64,000 nucleotides of DNA, from contig NW_003314348.1 in the NCBI RefSeq assembly GCF_000143415.4, forward strand, positions 686,062-750,061, read 5' to 3'. Shown piece by piece: positions 46,458 to 58,632 of the stretch (the stretch's first letter is position 1; every line of letters begins with the position of its first letter). The notes under the pieces were generated by a model. That model worked only from the letters and a program-made list of their open reading frames with translations. It did no database searches and was not told the origin of the DNA. The position numbers were made by a program, and so were the translations under genes. This DNA is from Selaginella moellendorffii. Lineage: Eukaryota; Plantae; Lycopodiophyta.

Positions 46458-49400
46458 TCACGAGCTTGCTGTTGGTTTTCCAACGCTGTGCTCCATTTTC
46501 ACCCTTAATGCCTTCCTCCTCGCTAGAAAACCTCTTGCTGCTGCTTGTATTCTCGTGGCTGCGGTGACGCGTGATGGCTCCTCGTGCTGCTCGACTTGCT
46601 GTATGGTTCGTTTTGCTACAAATCTCGCAGCTCGTTGTATCTTTGTTGCTGCGATGTGGTTTTGCCACGGTGTTGCTTGAATTCGTATGCCCGAAGCACC
46701 GTAGTCTGCATGTTTTTGCTCCTGTCGAACTTGTAGTCTCAGTAAATATCTCCTCGTAGCTACTTGTATCTTTCTGGCCGCGATAACTTCCAGTTCTTGT
46801 GCCTTGTGAGCCTGTTCTTGTTCGTGTTTTTGCCTCGCTGCTTTCTTTCTTGCCAGAAACCCCCTTGCGACTGCCTGAATTTTAGTGGCCGCCTCAACTT
46901 CTTCTAGCTTTTCCATTCCTCCAGTGGCTGCTCTCTCCTTGGCCAGCTTTCCCCTTACAAACGCTTGAATCTTTTTGGCAGCGGTTTCTTCTCGCTCGTG
47001 CTTCTGGAAGCTACCCCGACTGGCTTTTGCTGCTTTCCTCCTCGCTATAAACCCCCTCGCAAGGGCTTGCATTTTAGTGGCTGCCTGAGCTTCTTTTGAG
47101 TTCTGTTGCTCTTGCTCCTGGTTTTGGCCTTCACTGCCTCTGGCAAATCTCCTCCTCACCAAAAATCCCCTCACAAGAGCTTCGATTTTCGTGGCGGCAC
47201 CACGTATGTAAACGCTTTGGATTTGCTTCTCTCTCTCAATTCGTAGTGTAAGAGGTAGACCCTGCGATCAGAGCACACAACACTCTTTGAGAGAGATTGA
47301 GAGGAAGATAAGAACATAAAACTCTCAACTGTTGGTCCGATCTTGTACAACGTGAACGTTTCCAGAAGCTGCTTGAATGGAATTCCTTTGTTTGGAACTC
47401 GAAAGCTCATAACCTCAAACTCAATCCTCAAGTACCTGGACGAGAAGCGGCAAAATAAATGAAAGCCTCTGATTGGCCAGCTTACCATTGCACGGTGGAG
47501 TTGTGTCGTCGTCCCAGAGGAACACCCAGAGCGTTCACAAAGTTTCGAAGTTTGTGCATTCCAATGTATCCCGAAGCTCTGCATTTTAGAAAAAAGATAA
47601 AATGAGAAAGGTTAAAGACCACATTTCTTACTCTGGATCGAAGGGCTGCTGAGCCCATAGCGCTTTAAATGCAAGCAGGTGTTCAGGCGAGACCATAGAA
47701 TTCTCGTTAACCAGCCCGAAAGTGATGGCATCCAGGATCAAGGCTACGAACAAGTTCATGAATATGAAACTCGATATCACCACTAGGCATACGAAATAGA
47801 TGACTCCAGCAAACGGATGACCACAGTCATTCCTCGCTAAAGAGTCTCCCTTTGTACACTTTGGCGAGTCCACCATCACGTCGACCATGATGCAAGACCA
47901 GTTGTCAAGCGTAGAAACCTGCAGCATAAGCTCTGATTAGAACACAAGCAACTGTATCGAAGCTTACTTGGAAGACGGTAATGAAGGAGTTGACGAACGT
48001 TCGAAAGTTAAGCGTGGGACCAATACAGGTTCCTTCTGCGACATGACTAAACATCTGGAAGCCAATACCAGAGAACGCGAACAGGAAGACACCGAGAAGA
48101 ACCATGATCTCTCCCATAGTCGGCAGGCATATGACCATAGTTCTCATGATCACCCGTGCTCTCGGTACATGAGGAATGATGCAGAAAACTCGAGCAATGT
48201 AAGCAAATCGACAAACATAGCCTCTAGGCGTTCCTTTCTTTCCCATCAAGCCTGAAGCTGCCAATATAGATATTGCTGCTTCCATGTGTTTGGAGTGCTC
48301 GTATTTGTAAACTTCGAACTGCAAACACACACTTGAAACTCAAGCATTTATCTAAGAACGCACAGACCTCATCACCAAGAAATTTGATCAAGGACTCCAA
48401 TAAAAAATACGTTGTAAGAGCAACGTGAGCTTTCTGGCGGCGCATAGAAACATAAGCCGGCTGGCCAGCGTAGTTCGTTGACAAGAGTGCAGCGTATCCC
48501 AGCAGGCATATTATCATACTGTTTTGGTAGTGACGATTGCGGATAGCGTAAAAACATAGCTGCCGGACGTAATTCTTCGGTGGCCTCGGTAGCTTTGACG
48601 GTTCCAGCTTCTGGATGATGCGATTCATGTCTCGCCAGAGCTTCTGTCTCTCCGTTAGGAGCTTGGAGCCCGAGTTCTTCCCAAACTCGTTGATAAAAAC
48701 TCCAATAAACACCCGGACTATGAAAAATCCTCCACATATGCAAAACGCCACGAAGAAAATGGCATAAGCCGGACTGTTGTCCCGTTGCGGCTGCTTGTTT
48801 TCGCCAACGATATCCATCACGGGGTATAGCCAGTTTGTAACCCAGTTGTCGAAAGTCGAGCAAACGAATAAAGAGAGGAAGGCATTACCAATGCTGTCAA
48901 AGTGGAAAGTAGGATTTGTCCAGGCCCGTGGAACATATATTCCGATGTTGTTGTAGTAATGGCCAGTGCAATAAGCTCGATGAGTAATAGTAGCATCGTT
49001 GCACGAGTAAAGAAGGCCCCTGAATAACTGGACACCGATAGAGCCAAAAACCACGAAGATGAGGAACGTAAACAACAGAACGGCCACTATAGCTGGAACA
49101 GTCTTGACGAGATTCGACATCAAGCTTTTGAGTTCGCCAAAGCGACAGATGAACCGAAATGGTCGCAGTGCCGTCAATGCATGTATAGCTCGTCGAGAGT
49201 TCTCGCTCCAAGTAGCAAGATTGAGTGCGTCGATGATCAGAAGAGAAAGTTCCAGGATGTTGTAGGGGTCGTTAAAGACTGCACTGGGCGAAGATACGAA
49301 GCCTTGAACAAAAACTCTGAGAGAAAACTCCAGGAGGAAGACCTGCGAAAGACCCGTGTGTAATGTGAAGTTCACAAACACGGAGAGAAACATACTAACC

Positions 49401-52400
49401 ACGAACACAAGCTTGTGGAGAACTTTGATAGCCGTGTCGGCAAATACCGGCTCTCCAGTGGCTCGCATCTCAATAACAAGCCAAGTGCTTATAGCGACCC
49501 AAGCGATTGAGAACCAGCGCCACCATCTGCTGTTTAAAACCATCTTGCAAAATCCTGTCGCACGACCCTCTTCTCCAAGAAAAGATCTTTGCCTCTCGAG
49601 AGTGGGAAAGCTTTCCTCAAGTGCCTCGTAGTCTGAAAGTTGGAAGGACTCCTTTTTCCGGCGTCTGTCTAGATTTCTAGCTAGCTTGCTAGATACCTTG
49701 AAAGGAGGCCTGGTGATGTCAGCAAGCGTAAGAACAGCATCCTGAAGCGCAGTTCGCGAACCTCTTTTCTCACCAATGTCTGCTGGAAATCCAGAAGCCT
49801 GGAGAATCTGTGAACCACGACTGATCCTTTGCGGCCTTTCTGTTTCTGTAATGTTCTCTCCCACAGCTGCAGTCGACACTGCCTCCGAGCCATCTCTAGC
49901 ACTCTCTGCTGGCTCAGAAGCTGCTCCTGGAAGCAAACTCGTGTTGTCATATCCCAGTTCCAGGTTTCCGTCAATCTGTCTGCCCCGTCGAGAATGAAAG
50001 CCTGCTTTCACTCGCTCAAAAGCGTTCATCACCCAGCTACCTCTTCCCGTAGAGGCCCGATTTTGCATGCGCTTGAACATTCTCATGTGCTCGGTCTGCA
50101 GGAGAAAAGTTGTGGAGAGAGAAAACAAGGTTTGGAAAATGCACGAACCCGCTGTATTTTCTTTTTCTCGTTGTCTGTAAGCTCGTTATGCTCTAGTATA
50201 ACAGCAATGATAAGGTTCATAATGATATGGACTGTGAGGACGAAGTAAAATATATACAGAAAAGGCGCCACACCACTGCACGTAACAACGATGAAAACGA
50301 TTTGTCAAGAAAGATAGATGTAGCTTACTTATACTCCACCCCGGGCCTCATGGAGTTCCACATTTGATTTGGCCAGGATTCAGCAGTAGTTACCGAGAAC
50401 CAAAGAAGCATAGTCTGGAGCATATTATCGTGGTGTCCGCGAGGGTACCCGTCCGTGAACTTATAGTATTGACCACTGTATAACTCCATGCTCACGATAG
50501 AAAATATAACGATAACTAGCAGGTAAAAGAAGAACACACCCACCAGTGAGCCAACACTTTTGATGCACGTGGCCTGTAAAAAGTAGATTAGCTGATATAT
50601 TACCTTCGAAGAAAGAAGGCTGACCACAACTGAAGAATGTTTGTCGACATGTTTCTTGGACAAGTAGAACCACCGCATGATTCGAACTGCGGAGATATTT
50701 GGATACGCCCGTGAGATTAGTGCTCCAGAAGATACCGCGATTACGAAGAGATCAAACAGGTTCATCCCTGCAAAACTATTCACAGCTCAGATTTGAGGAA
50801 CTGAAACTTTCGCTTACTGTCAGCCATAAATGAAATTGGTCCGTAAGCAAGAAAACGCAATAGTAATTCTGCTGCAAACAAAACAAGGAGCACCGCTTGA
50901 ATACCATCTGTGCACTGACGTTAAGGTGTACGGTCACAAGGAAAAGACGAGGCTGATGGATACAAAGTGTGTACAAGAACTCCTTAGACATGCCGTATCT
51001 GTACAAACATAAGATAATCGCGTTAACAGTAACAGCCAGTAGTACACCGCGATCAAAACTTGGATGCTGAACAACTGCGCGGCATTTCTCGGATACTGAT
51101 AAGGCTGCTCTGCCACCTCTTCCACTTAATGAACGTTGATAAGTTCTTGAGCCCAATCGGCTGAATCTCATGGAGCTAGTGTGAAAGGTATCTCGAAAAG
51201 TCGAGTGAGTGCGGCTAAAAATTCGGCCGACACTTCTTTTAATTCTCCTGGATCTGTTTAGAAATCGCAAATGCCATTTCAAATGACGATCATCAGTTAT
51301 AATGTCGTCCCGGAGGATGTTCGCCATCACGGTTGCGCTATAAAAGGAGGTCGTGCTTTTACGAGATTTTTTCAAGAGTGCCTAAGAATATTGAATCCCG
51401 CTTAGTGTTTCCAGTGATAAAACCGTCACGTACCTGATGTTCCGCCCTGACTCGAAGAAAAACTCCACTTATCCCAGCAATAAACACATTGCAAAGAAAA
51501 TATGTCCCAATAATCACCAAAGTCATGAAGTATGAATCTGTAAAGCAGTGTCAGGCAGAATTGACCTCGCCAAAGTAAATCTAATACTTGCTCGTTCTCC
51601 TTCAGCATCCTTTACGCGGTACATTATCAGAGACCATCCTTCCAGCGATACAATCTGGAAAAGAGCTACAACATAAAGCACAAGGTGAAAGGCAACGAAC
51701 CTGAAACATACTGATCAAAGAATACCAGAGGTAATCAAAACTCGTTTGTCCATAGTTAGGATTTCCATACTTCTGCAAATGCAAAGTTGTATGATGAAAA
51801 CTGCGAACGGCGGAACTTTACCAAGCATTTCTGAGTCGAGGGACAACTGTATCCATCGACTACTTTCTTATCACAAAAACGTTCTGGATATGATAGTTGC
51901 TTGTCCTGACTTCGCAAGCACCTAACAGAAATGGGAAGTTCAGCTTAGTGGTGCAATATGCAAAATTTAATTGAGTACCTTTGAGACAATGTCTTTTGCA
52001 AAAACTGTGTCCCGAGCAGCGCATAGAAGACCAACATGAAAAATGTGAGGAGGATAACATTTTGAAGCGGACGGACACTTCTTTCGACTGCTACCATAAT
52101 AGCCTGCACAGCATAGCAGTTTCAGTTCAAAGCTAGAAAAGAAAAGAAAAACATACAATGACATCTGCAAAAAAATGGATGTGCTTCAAAGCTAGAAGGC
52201 CTCGAAATGCACGCAAGACCGCCAAACGTGCAAAATAATCTCTTCCAGTTATGCTTCTAACGATAATGTGTACCCTGTAGCATAGAGATTATGATACGCT
52301 CATGAAGCTAGGAATCTTACCAGGAATCAATAACAATGGCAAAATCAAGCCTGTTATAAGGGTTTCGAAGGTAAGAGTAAGGTCCCTTGCAGAACCCCAG

Positions 52401-53247
52401 ACAGAGGATCTTCAGTAACATTTCGATCCTGTTAAGAAAGCTTTAACGATGAGACAGTTCCATGTAACTTGCAAAAGAAAAACTTACGCATAAAGCGTGG
52501 TAATGACCCCATCCAGAAAGTCCAGCTTAAAATCCCTTACATCGGTCCATCGTTGTTCCCGGCTCCCAGCTTTTACTTGGAAAATCAGCACTAAAAGGTG
52601 AGATAGGATGAGGAATAGCAGCATATATTCCGCTGTCCTGGAAACAAATGTAGCACAAGGTTGTCATAGCTGGATCAGCAAATACAAGGTAGTTTGTTTA
52701 CTTGCATACTGGTTATGGATAAGCACGAAGAGCTTTAGACGCGTTGCGCTGTATTGACTCCAAAACCCAAGGGCACGACCCTCGATTCGAGCTCCAGTTC
52801 CTACAGCGCTACGCATTGCCTTCCTTCTCAGCAGCTGATAAAAGAAAGAAAAATCTTAAGCCGAGAAGAAGAAAGGAAATGTGTAGCGCTTACCAGCATA
52901 TGCCTGACTGCTTTATAAGCTCTTTTCCAATTTTCCATGGGCATGGAAGAGACTGGCGGGCGTGGAAGAATTTCCAGAGCAGCAATCAACGCGACAGTAG
53001 AAGGCTTTTGCCCATCGTCTGGTTTGTTCACGCCATGGATAGGAGGGAGCTGATCCTCCCATCGAGGATTCCGAGCTAGGAAATCTGGATCATCCTCTGG
53101 ATCTCTTTCGCTGCGCAGCAAATTCCAAAATCTAGACAAGATTTCCATACGAAAGACCGGCGCTTACTTCTGCATGAGCTGAGAGATAGTCTTGGAAGCC
53201 ACCTCGAGCATCCGAGAGAGCCTCGCGCTCTTGCGCGTCTCCTCCAT
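46458..53247 (-). CDS. Four-domain voltage-gated Ca2+ channel alpha-1-like protein with a multi-IQ C-terminus
   Basis: Four 6-TM repeats with pore loops VSLEGW, TTAESW, STFDNW and STLDNW. Other motifs: FHFDSIGNAFLSLF, FIFMNLFVALILD and HLLAFKALWAQQPFDPE. The IQ exon is joined in phase (KIGPT|GLPLTLR). Confidence 0.9.
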
Positions 53248-53445
53248 TTCCTCCGCCCCAGCTCAGAAACCCTAGGATAAGCACTGCTGATAAACCCTAA
53301 AATTTCAAATAGCGGTTACGCGCCATTGCCACGTGGATGTCAGCTGACAGGCTCTGTGAGCTCTCGCGTCGATAGAAGATTTCCTCTCCTCCTTCCTTCT
53401 GGCAATAAGATTTTCCTGTTCTTCCTCTTGGATGAAAGTGTGCTT

Positions 53446-55569
53446 CTAGATGTTGACCCCAAACCATTCTCGCACGAATTTCTTGCTCAGTGAAAGCCTC
53501 AAATCGGTGATAGCAAACATCTCTACCGAATTCTCGAGTGGCAATGAGCATTTGATAGCGGCAGACAATCCCTTGGATTTGTCCTCCACAGTAGCCTCGA
53601 ACTGTGGTCCCTCGAATCCTGGCTCCACATACTACAGAGCATCACTTTTAGAAAAACACGTAACTTAGAACGAACTTAAATACCTCCACGGAGGGAACCG
53701 AGACCAGCTTGAGGTGTAACGTCTTGACAATTTGCCAGAAGGCTTCCCTTCTTACGTCCCACGAAGTTATGACCGCCATAGCCGAGTGTTCAAGTGTTCC
53801 AGAAAAGGCTTCACTACGCCATGGCAAGCTCAGTTTCTTTGGCACTACCTCGAACTGGATACCACTCATATTATATCATGAGAAAGAAAAGAGAGAAAGT
53901 TCCACTCAACTGATGAGATGAGCGGTAGAACGACATTTTCCCGTGCCATCGATTCGCGCTCATCCCACAAAACCTGCGAGCGGGTGATTCGAACGATTTC
54001 GGGATCCTCCAGACAACACGAGTGCGTTACCCCGTGGAAGTTTCGTGTCCAAATGAGATGATCGAAAGTGTGTAATTGTACGCTGACGTGATAACCTTGC
54101 AATCAAAGAATCAGTCATTTCGCAAAGTTCCCAACGACGTTACCAAAATTGATTGAAGGCTCTGGATTTGGTCGCATTCGCTGGGTTTCAATCCGGAACT
54201 TGAAGAGTTTGAAAATGACTTGTGCCAAATGTATTCCAACTTTGATAAATAGTACCTGTTAGAACAATCTTAATCATGAATAGAGGGGAAGAATCGCTTT
54301 ACCTCTTCATTTCCATCGGTATTGTCCTGCTCAAATAATGTTCCCACAATAAGATTCATTGCACCAGCGACATCTTTAGAAGAAAGCATTGCAAGCCTAA
54401 GTGGTGGTGCAGAATAATCACTTTCCCAAAGCGATGGCTTCTTTGTCATCTATAAAATTAGTGCTGTCAAGGAACAACGAACAGAAGTGCAGCACGGCCA
54501 AAGCCACAGTGTGGATACAATAGCAGCCACTTGACAACATTGAGAAAGCGTGTCACTCGAAACGATAACCTGAGCGTCGTTAGGAGAACCAAAGAAAAAC
54601 AAAAAAAACAGAAAAAAACAATTTCCAAAGATATGTGCACCTCTAACGAAGCAAGGGAGAAGAGCTTCATCCCACGTTTCAAATATTTGAATGGACAATG
54701 AAGGACAGTGGAAGCTGGGAACCAGACAGCCTGCTTTCCTGGAAACAAGAGCCCAACCGGAGAAAGAAACGATAAGCGGCAAGGCCAAAAAAAAAAAAAA
54801 AAAAGAACAATGAAAGAAAGGGACTCACTTGTCAATCGAATTCGTTGCCCGTTGTTGATTCGCAAATAAAAAGTGAGCTGAAGTTCTTGCGCTAGCGTTT
54901 GGATACTCTTTCCAGGCGTAAAGTTTAAGACTGTAGACAGCACCAATACGATGAGAAAAGCGAGAACATGACAAATGCATCGTACCGTGCGGGACTTCGT
55001 CCAGAGCTTGAAGAAATCCAGCGTCCAAGGATTGTTTGATAGTCCTCTCAAGTAGCCTCACTCGCTGGAAACAAGCAAAACCATTAGCGAAACCAATCAC
55101 AAACGCTCAGAACAGCTAACTCCTCGAGGAAAATCTCTGATGAAGCTCTCTCGCCAGGTCCCAAATCCAGATGGTGGAAAAGGAGATTGCTGTCGAGAGA
55201 TATCGAGTCTATAATCACCATGCCACCTTAAATACATACTCCTCCAAATCTGATCACAGAAACAAAGTCTAAAGCTAGCCTGGAAAAAAAAAGAGAAGCT
55301 TCTTACCACATCGAGCGAACAAGCATCCCTCCAGACCTTACAAACCAATGCGCAGTTTATGATCTGGAAGATTGAATCGAGCTTTAAGAAACACTTGCAA
55401 AGAAGGTCCTGTGGAAGCCTTGCGATCGATCCGGTTTCTCCCTTCCTCGCAGGCAATCTTTGCCTGAAAATAAGCGACAATCTTTTAGAAGAACTGCAAA
55501 GGAGGAGATCCGAGAAACAAGACCGCGACCTCACCCGCGCGAGATGATTTCGCGAGCAGAATCTCTCAT
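53446..55569 (-). CDS. F-box protein, multi-exon
   Basis: IARLPQDLLCKCFLKL..FQIINCALVCKVWRDAC..D|IWRSMY..WH...GTWRESF. The downstream exons are uncharacterised and the end is approximate. Confidence 0.75.
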
Positions 55570-55905
55570 GCCACGAAAATCGAATGCCGGCGACCTGGAG
55601 GATGATGCGGTGGATGATCTAGCTCTCAGCGACGATGGCGCGGTCGGGATCGCAGAAGAAGAACCCCTTGGAGACTGGATGGAATGATCAAATCGATGGA
55701 TTCACGCAGCAAATCAATGTGGCCTACCGCTGCCGCCGAGGGAGAGGCCGCCGATCGATCGCGCTGCTCTTGGCGCCTCGACGCCATTCCCTCCCTCCCA
55801 GTGGACCTAAAAACTTATATACACCATCAACAATGCTTAAGAACTTCCATCTTCTCAAATTTACACTGTACAAGCGAAAGGCAAGAATTTCTTTTCTCCT
55901 CTCCT

Positions 55906-56520
55906 TCATTGTATCGCGCATTTGCATTCTCTGCCGCGAACACAACCATCGTCCTCTCGATCGCTGCGAGAACCACAAAAATCCATCGTAAGAAACTCTA
56001 GTGTCCACTAAGAAAAAATCGTTTTTTTCTACAGTGGCTGGATCTGATGGACGTACCTCTCTTCGTATTCTCTAACCACCGCGATCTCTTCGCTCCATTG
56101 GACGTTCTTCTTGTTCTTGCAGTGTTCTTCCTTGTTCTCGCGCTGTTCTTCCTGTTCTTCATCCATATCGTCTCTTACTTCTACCTTAGCTTCTCCGTTA
56201 TCTTCCGCGCTACCAGGCTCTCGATCTTCTTCCCCCAATCCACAGCGCCCCTCGGAAGAATCGCGGCGACTTTCGTGTTCTTCGCCGAGAAGAGGCTCCT
56301 GTAGCCCGTGATTTTGCTGTGCTTGCTTCATGCAGCTCTTGAGAGGGGGGCTGCAGCCATTGATTAGGATCTTTGGCGAGGCGCAAGGATCCGTCGCCAT
56401 AGTCTCGGCCATGAGCTCGTCCTCCTCTTCGTCCTCACTAATCGCCCAGCACTTGCAGAGCAGCCACGAGCACCCATTAGCACTGGAAGCCAGGCCTCCA
56501 GAAACCCACACTTCCCCTTC
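55906..56520 (-). CDS. Small acidic protein with an RVxF-like PP1-docking motif and a CaaX box
   Basis: LKSCMKQ and KKNVQWSEEIAVVREYEE. Intron 55964-56056 joins to SDREDDGCVRGRECKCAIQ-stop. The start is uncertain: the first ATG is at 56412 but the frame is open upstream. Confidence 0.7.
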
Positions 56521-57045
56521 TCTCGAAGATCCCCTGCCAAGAATCAAACCTCTAATCGCCCCTGCATTTGCGACCGCGATCACCCGATTCGCTCGAATCC
56601 CGGGCCGCGGTGTTGGAATCACGCCGCGGCGCCACGATCCACGACCCAATTCTCGAGCCCATGGAGTGATTCTCCCGGCCGATCAAACACCCAAACCTGT
56701 GGACGGATGAATTCTTTCGGCTGCTGGGGGAGTCCAGGAATCCTTTCGATAGATCGATGCGATCCAGCGAGTTTCTCCTCAGCCAGCGATCGAGCCACGC
56801 CCCAAATTCGTTCCTTGAAAAGTAGTGTTCTATCTTCCTGTGGGCCACCAAAGGCACGCACTGACCGCTTCCTTTGCGCCCTCGATTTTGCCTTAGTGGT
56901 TTTTCGTGGTCAACTAAATCCAAGTGCTTGCATGAGTGACAAGTATCTAGGCCTAATAAAATACACGAGAAATTTAATTCCAGCTTCCAGCAAATCTCTA
57001 GCAGCAAGACATGATAAAAAGGATGGTTTCTTCTTTTCTTCATTT

Positions 57046-58516
57046 TTACTTTTCGAGCTTGAAATCCATGTCTACGTACAAACCATCTTCGCTGCGCGAA
57101 AATCTCGTCGTGCGCCGGAAGAAATCCAAGTCTAACTTCATCACTGTTTCTTCGTCGTCGTCTTCTTCGTCACCACCGAGCGATCTCGTCAGTAGCGCTC
57201 GCAGCTCCTCGATCTTCGAATCGCCCTTGGCGGCTCTCCGGCACTCGAGAGCCAGGACCGCGATCTCTTTGGCGGTTTTGAGCGGCCAGCCGGCGGCCGG
57301 ATCGAGCAAAGCTTCCAGCTTGTCCTGCCGCAGCGCGTCCTGGAACCTCTCGGCCAAGCTGCTCGGCGATGGCCGCCTCGCCAGCAGCTGGAGGAGGAGC
57401 AATCCAAACGAGGATATGTTCCTGGATGTCTTCTCCAGGGGCTGGACTATCTCGTGTCCCTCGTAAGCTAGAACCTTGTGGAGATGTTTACCTCGGAGAA
57501 GAATGCTACTCGCTGTCACCTCGTCGTGCTCTAACGCGCTTGATGCCACGGCACTGGAGATCTCCAGGGCGATTTGTGTGATGTCTCGCCAGCGTAGAAT
57601 GTTTGCACTCTTGCCGTCTAGCCAGTCCTCCAGACCGACAATTGTGTCGTCTTCTTGAGGTTCGTCATCCTGGGCCACAATACATTAGTATATGGTGAAA
57701 ATAGTTAGAACAAACCACAGGCTTGGAATGGTTAATCGAAAACAAGCTGCTCTGTGAGGATGATTTGCTAAGGCGAGGACTGCAGCTGCTACTGTCGTCG
57801 ATATCGCCTGAAACTCCTCACAATTTTTAAAGAATTCAACACGAAAATAACCAAGAACTTACCGAAGTGTGAAACAATGTGCACTGCGCACCAGCGAGGT
57901 ACGTTCTTTTTAACGTAACCTGAAGTACTAAAATGCCGGGAAAACTTCCTACAAACAAAACAATAAGAGAAACCATTACGAAAACTAAATCGCGTACCAT
58001 TTCAATCCCTTCTGTGAGGGTCCGATCATAAACAACGCTCGGGCTTGAAGCTGGACAGCATGCTGGACGATAACCTTGCCTAAAGAGCCCTCAGAGCTCA
58101 CAATGGATACGATTTTTACTCGAACCTGGAAATCAAAAAATAAAAAGTAGAAAATCAGCTAAATTAAGCATTCGCCAGCATTTCTCACCTTATTCTCGAG
58201 GCAAATATGCTCTAGCTTTTTCACAGTTTCTTGGAGCCGCCGGCGCTCTTCCTCACGAGCCGACTTCACCAATCCTTGGTTGGCCATTGCAAGCGGGACT
58301 TCTCCAACTGGAAAAAAACATTGCGATTAAGTAGCTGGAATAAGATTTCTTACTGCCGCTTTTGATGGAGCGGATTGGTGGTCGAATGTAAAGGATGACA
58401 ATTCCAAATTGATGGAGCCATAGCTGATAGTTTCGTAACACCCATTGCAGCAAGCCCGGTCCCTGTTCCTTCCTTTTCTCTGTCAATATTACCAGTGCCC
58501 CCACGCTGTCAGCCAT
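57046..58516 (-). CDS. USP/STK_N-like domain fused to a truncated RLCK-type pseudokinase (PUB33-like architecture without U-box)
   Basis: N-terminal LLQWVLRNY..IVILYIRPP. C-terminal LEDWL...LRWRDITQIALEISSA, ISSFGLLLLQLL and LLDPAAGWP...IAVLALEC. HRD and DFG are not recognisable. Confidence 0.65.
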
Positions 58517-58632
58517 AACCTACACCATTTATAATTAGCAAAGATGGAAAACCATTAAAGAAGTGAGGGCGTTATCCATACCTCTGGCATTTCCTGAGAG
58601 AGATAGCGAAATCCCCAGAGAGCTGCTTGGCG

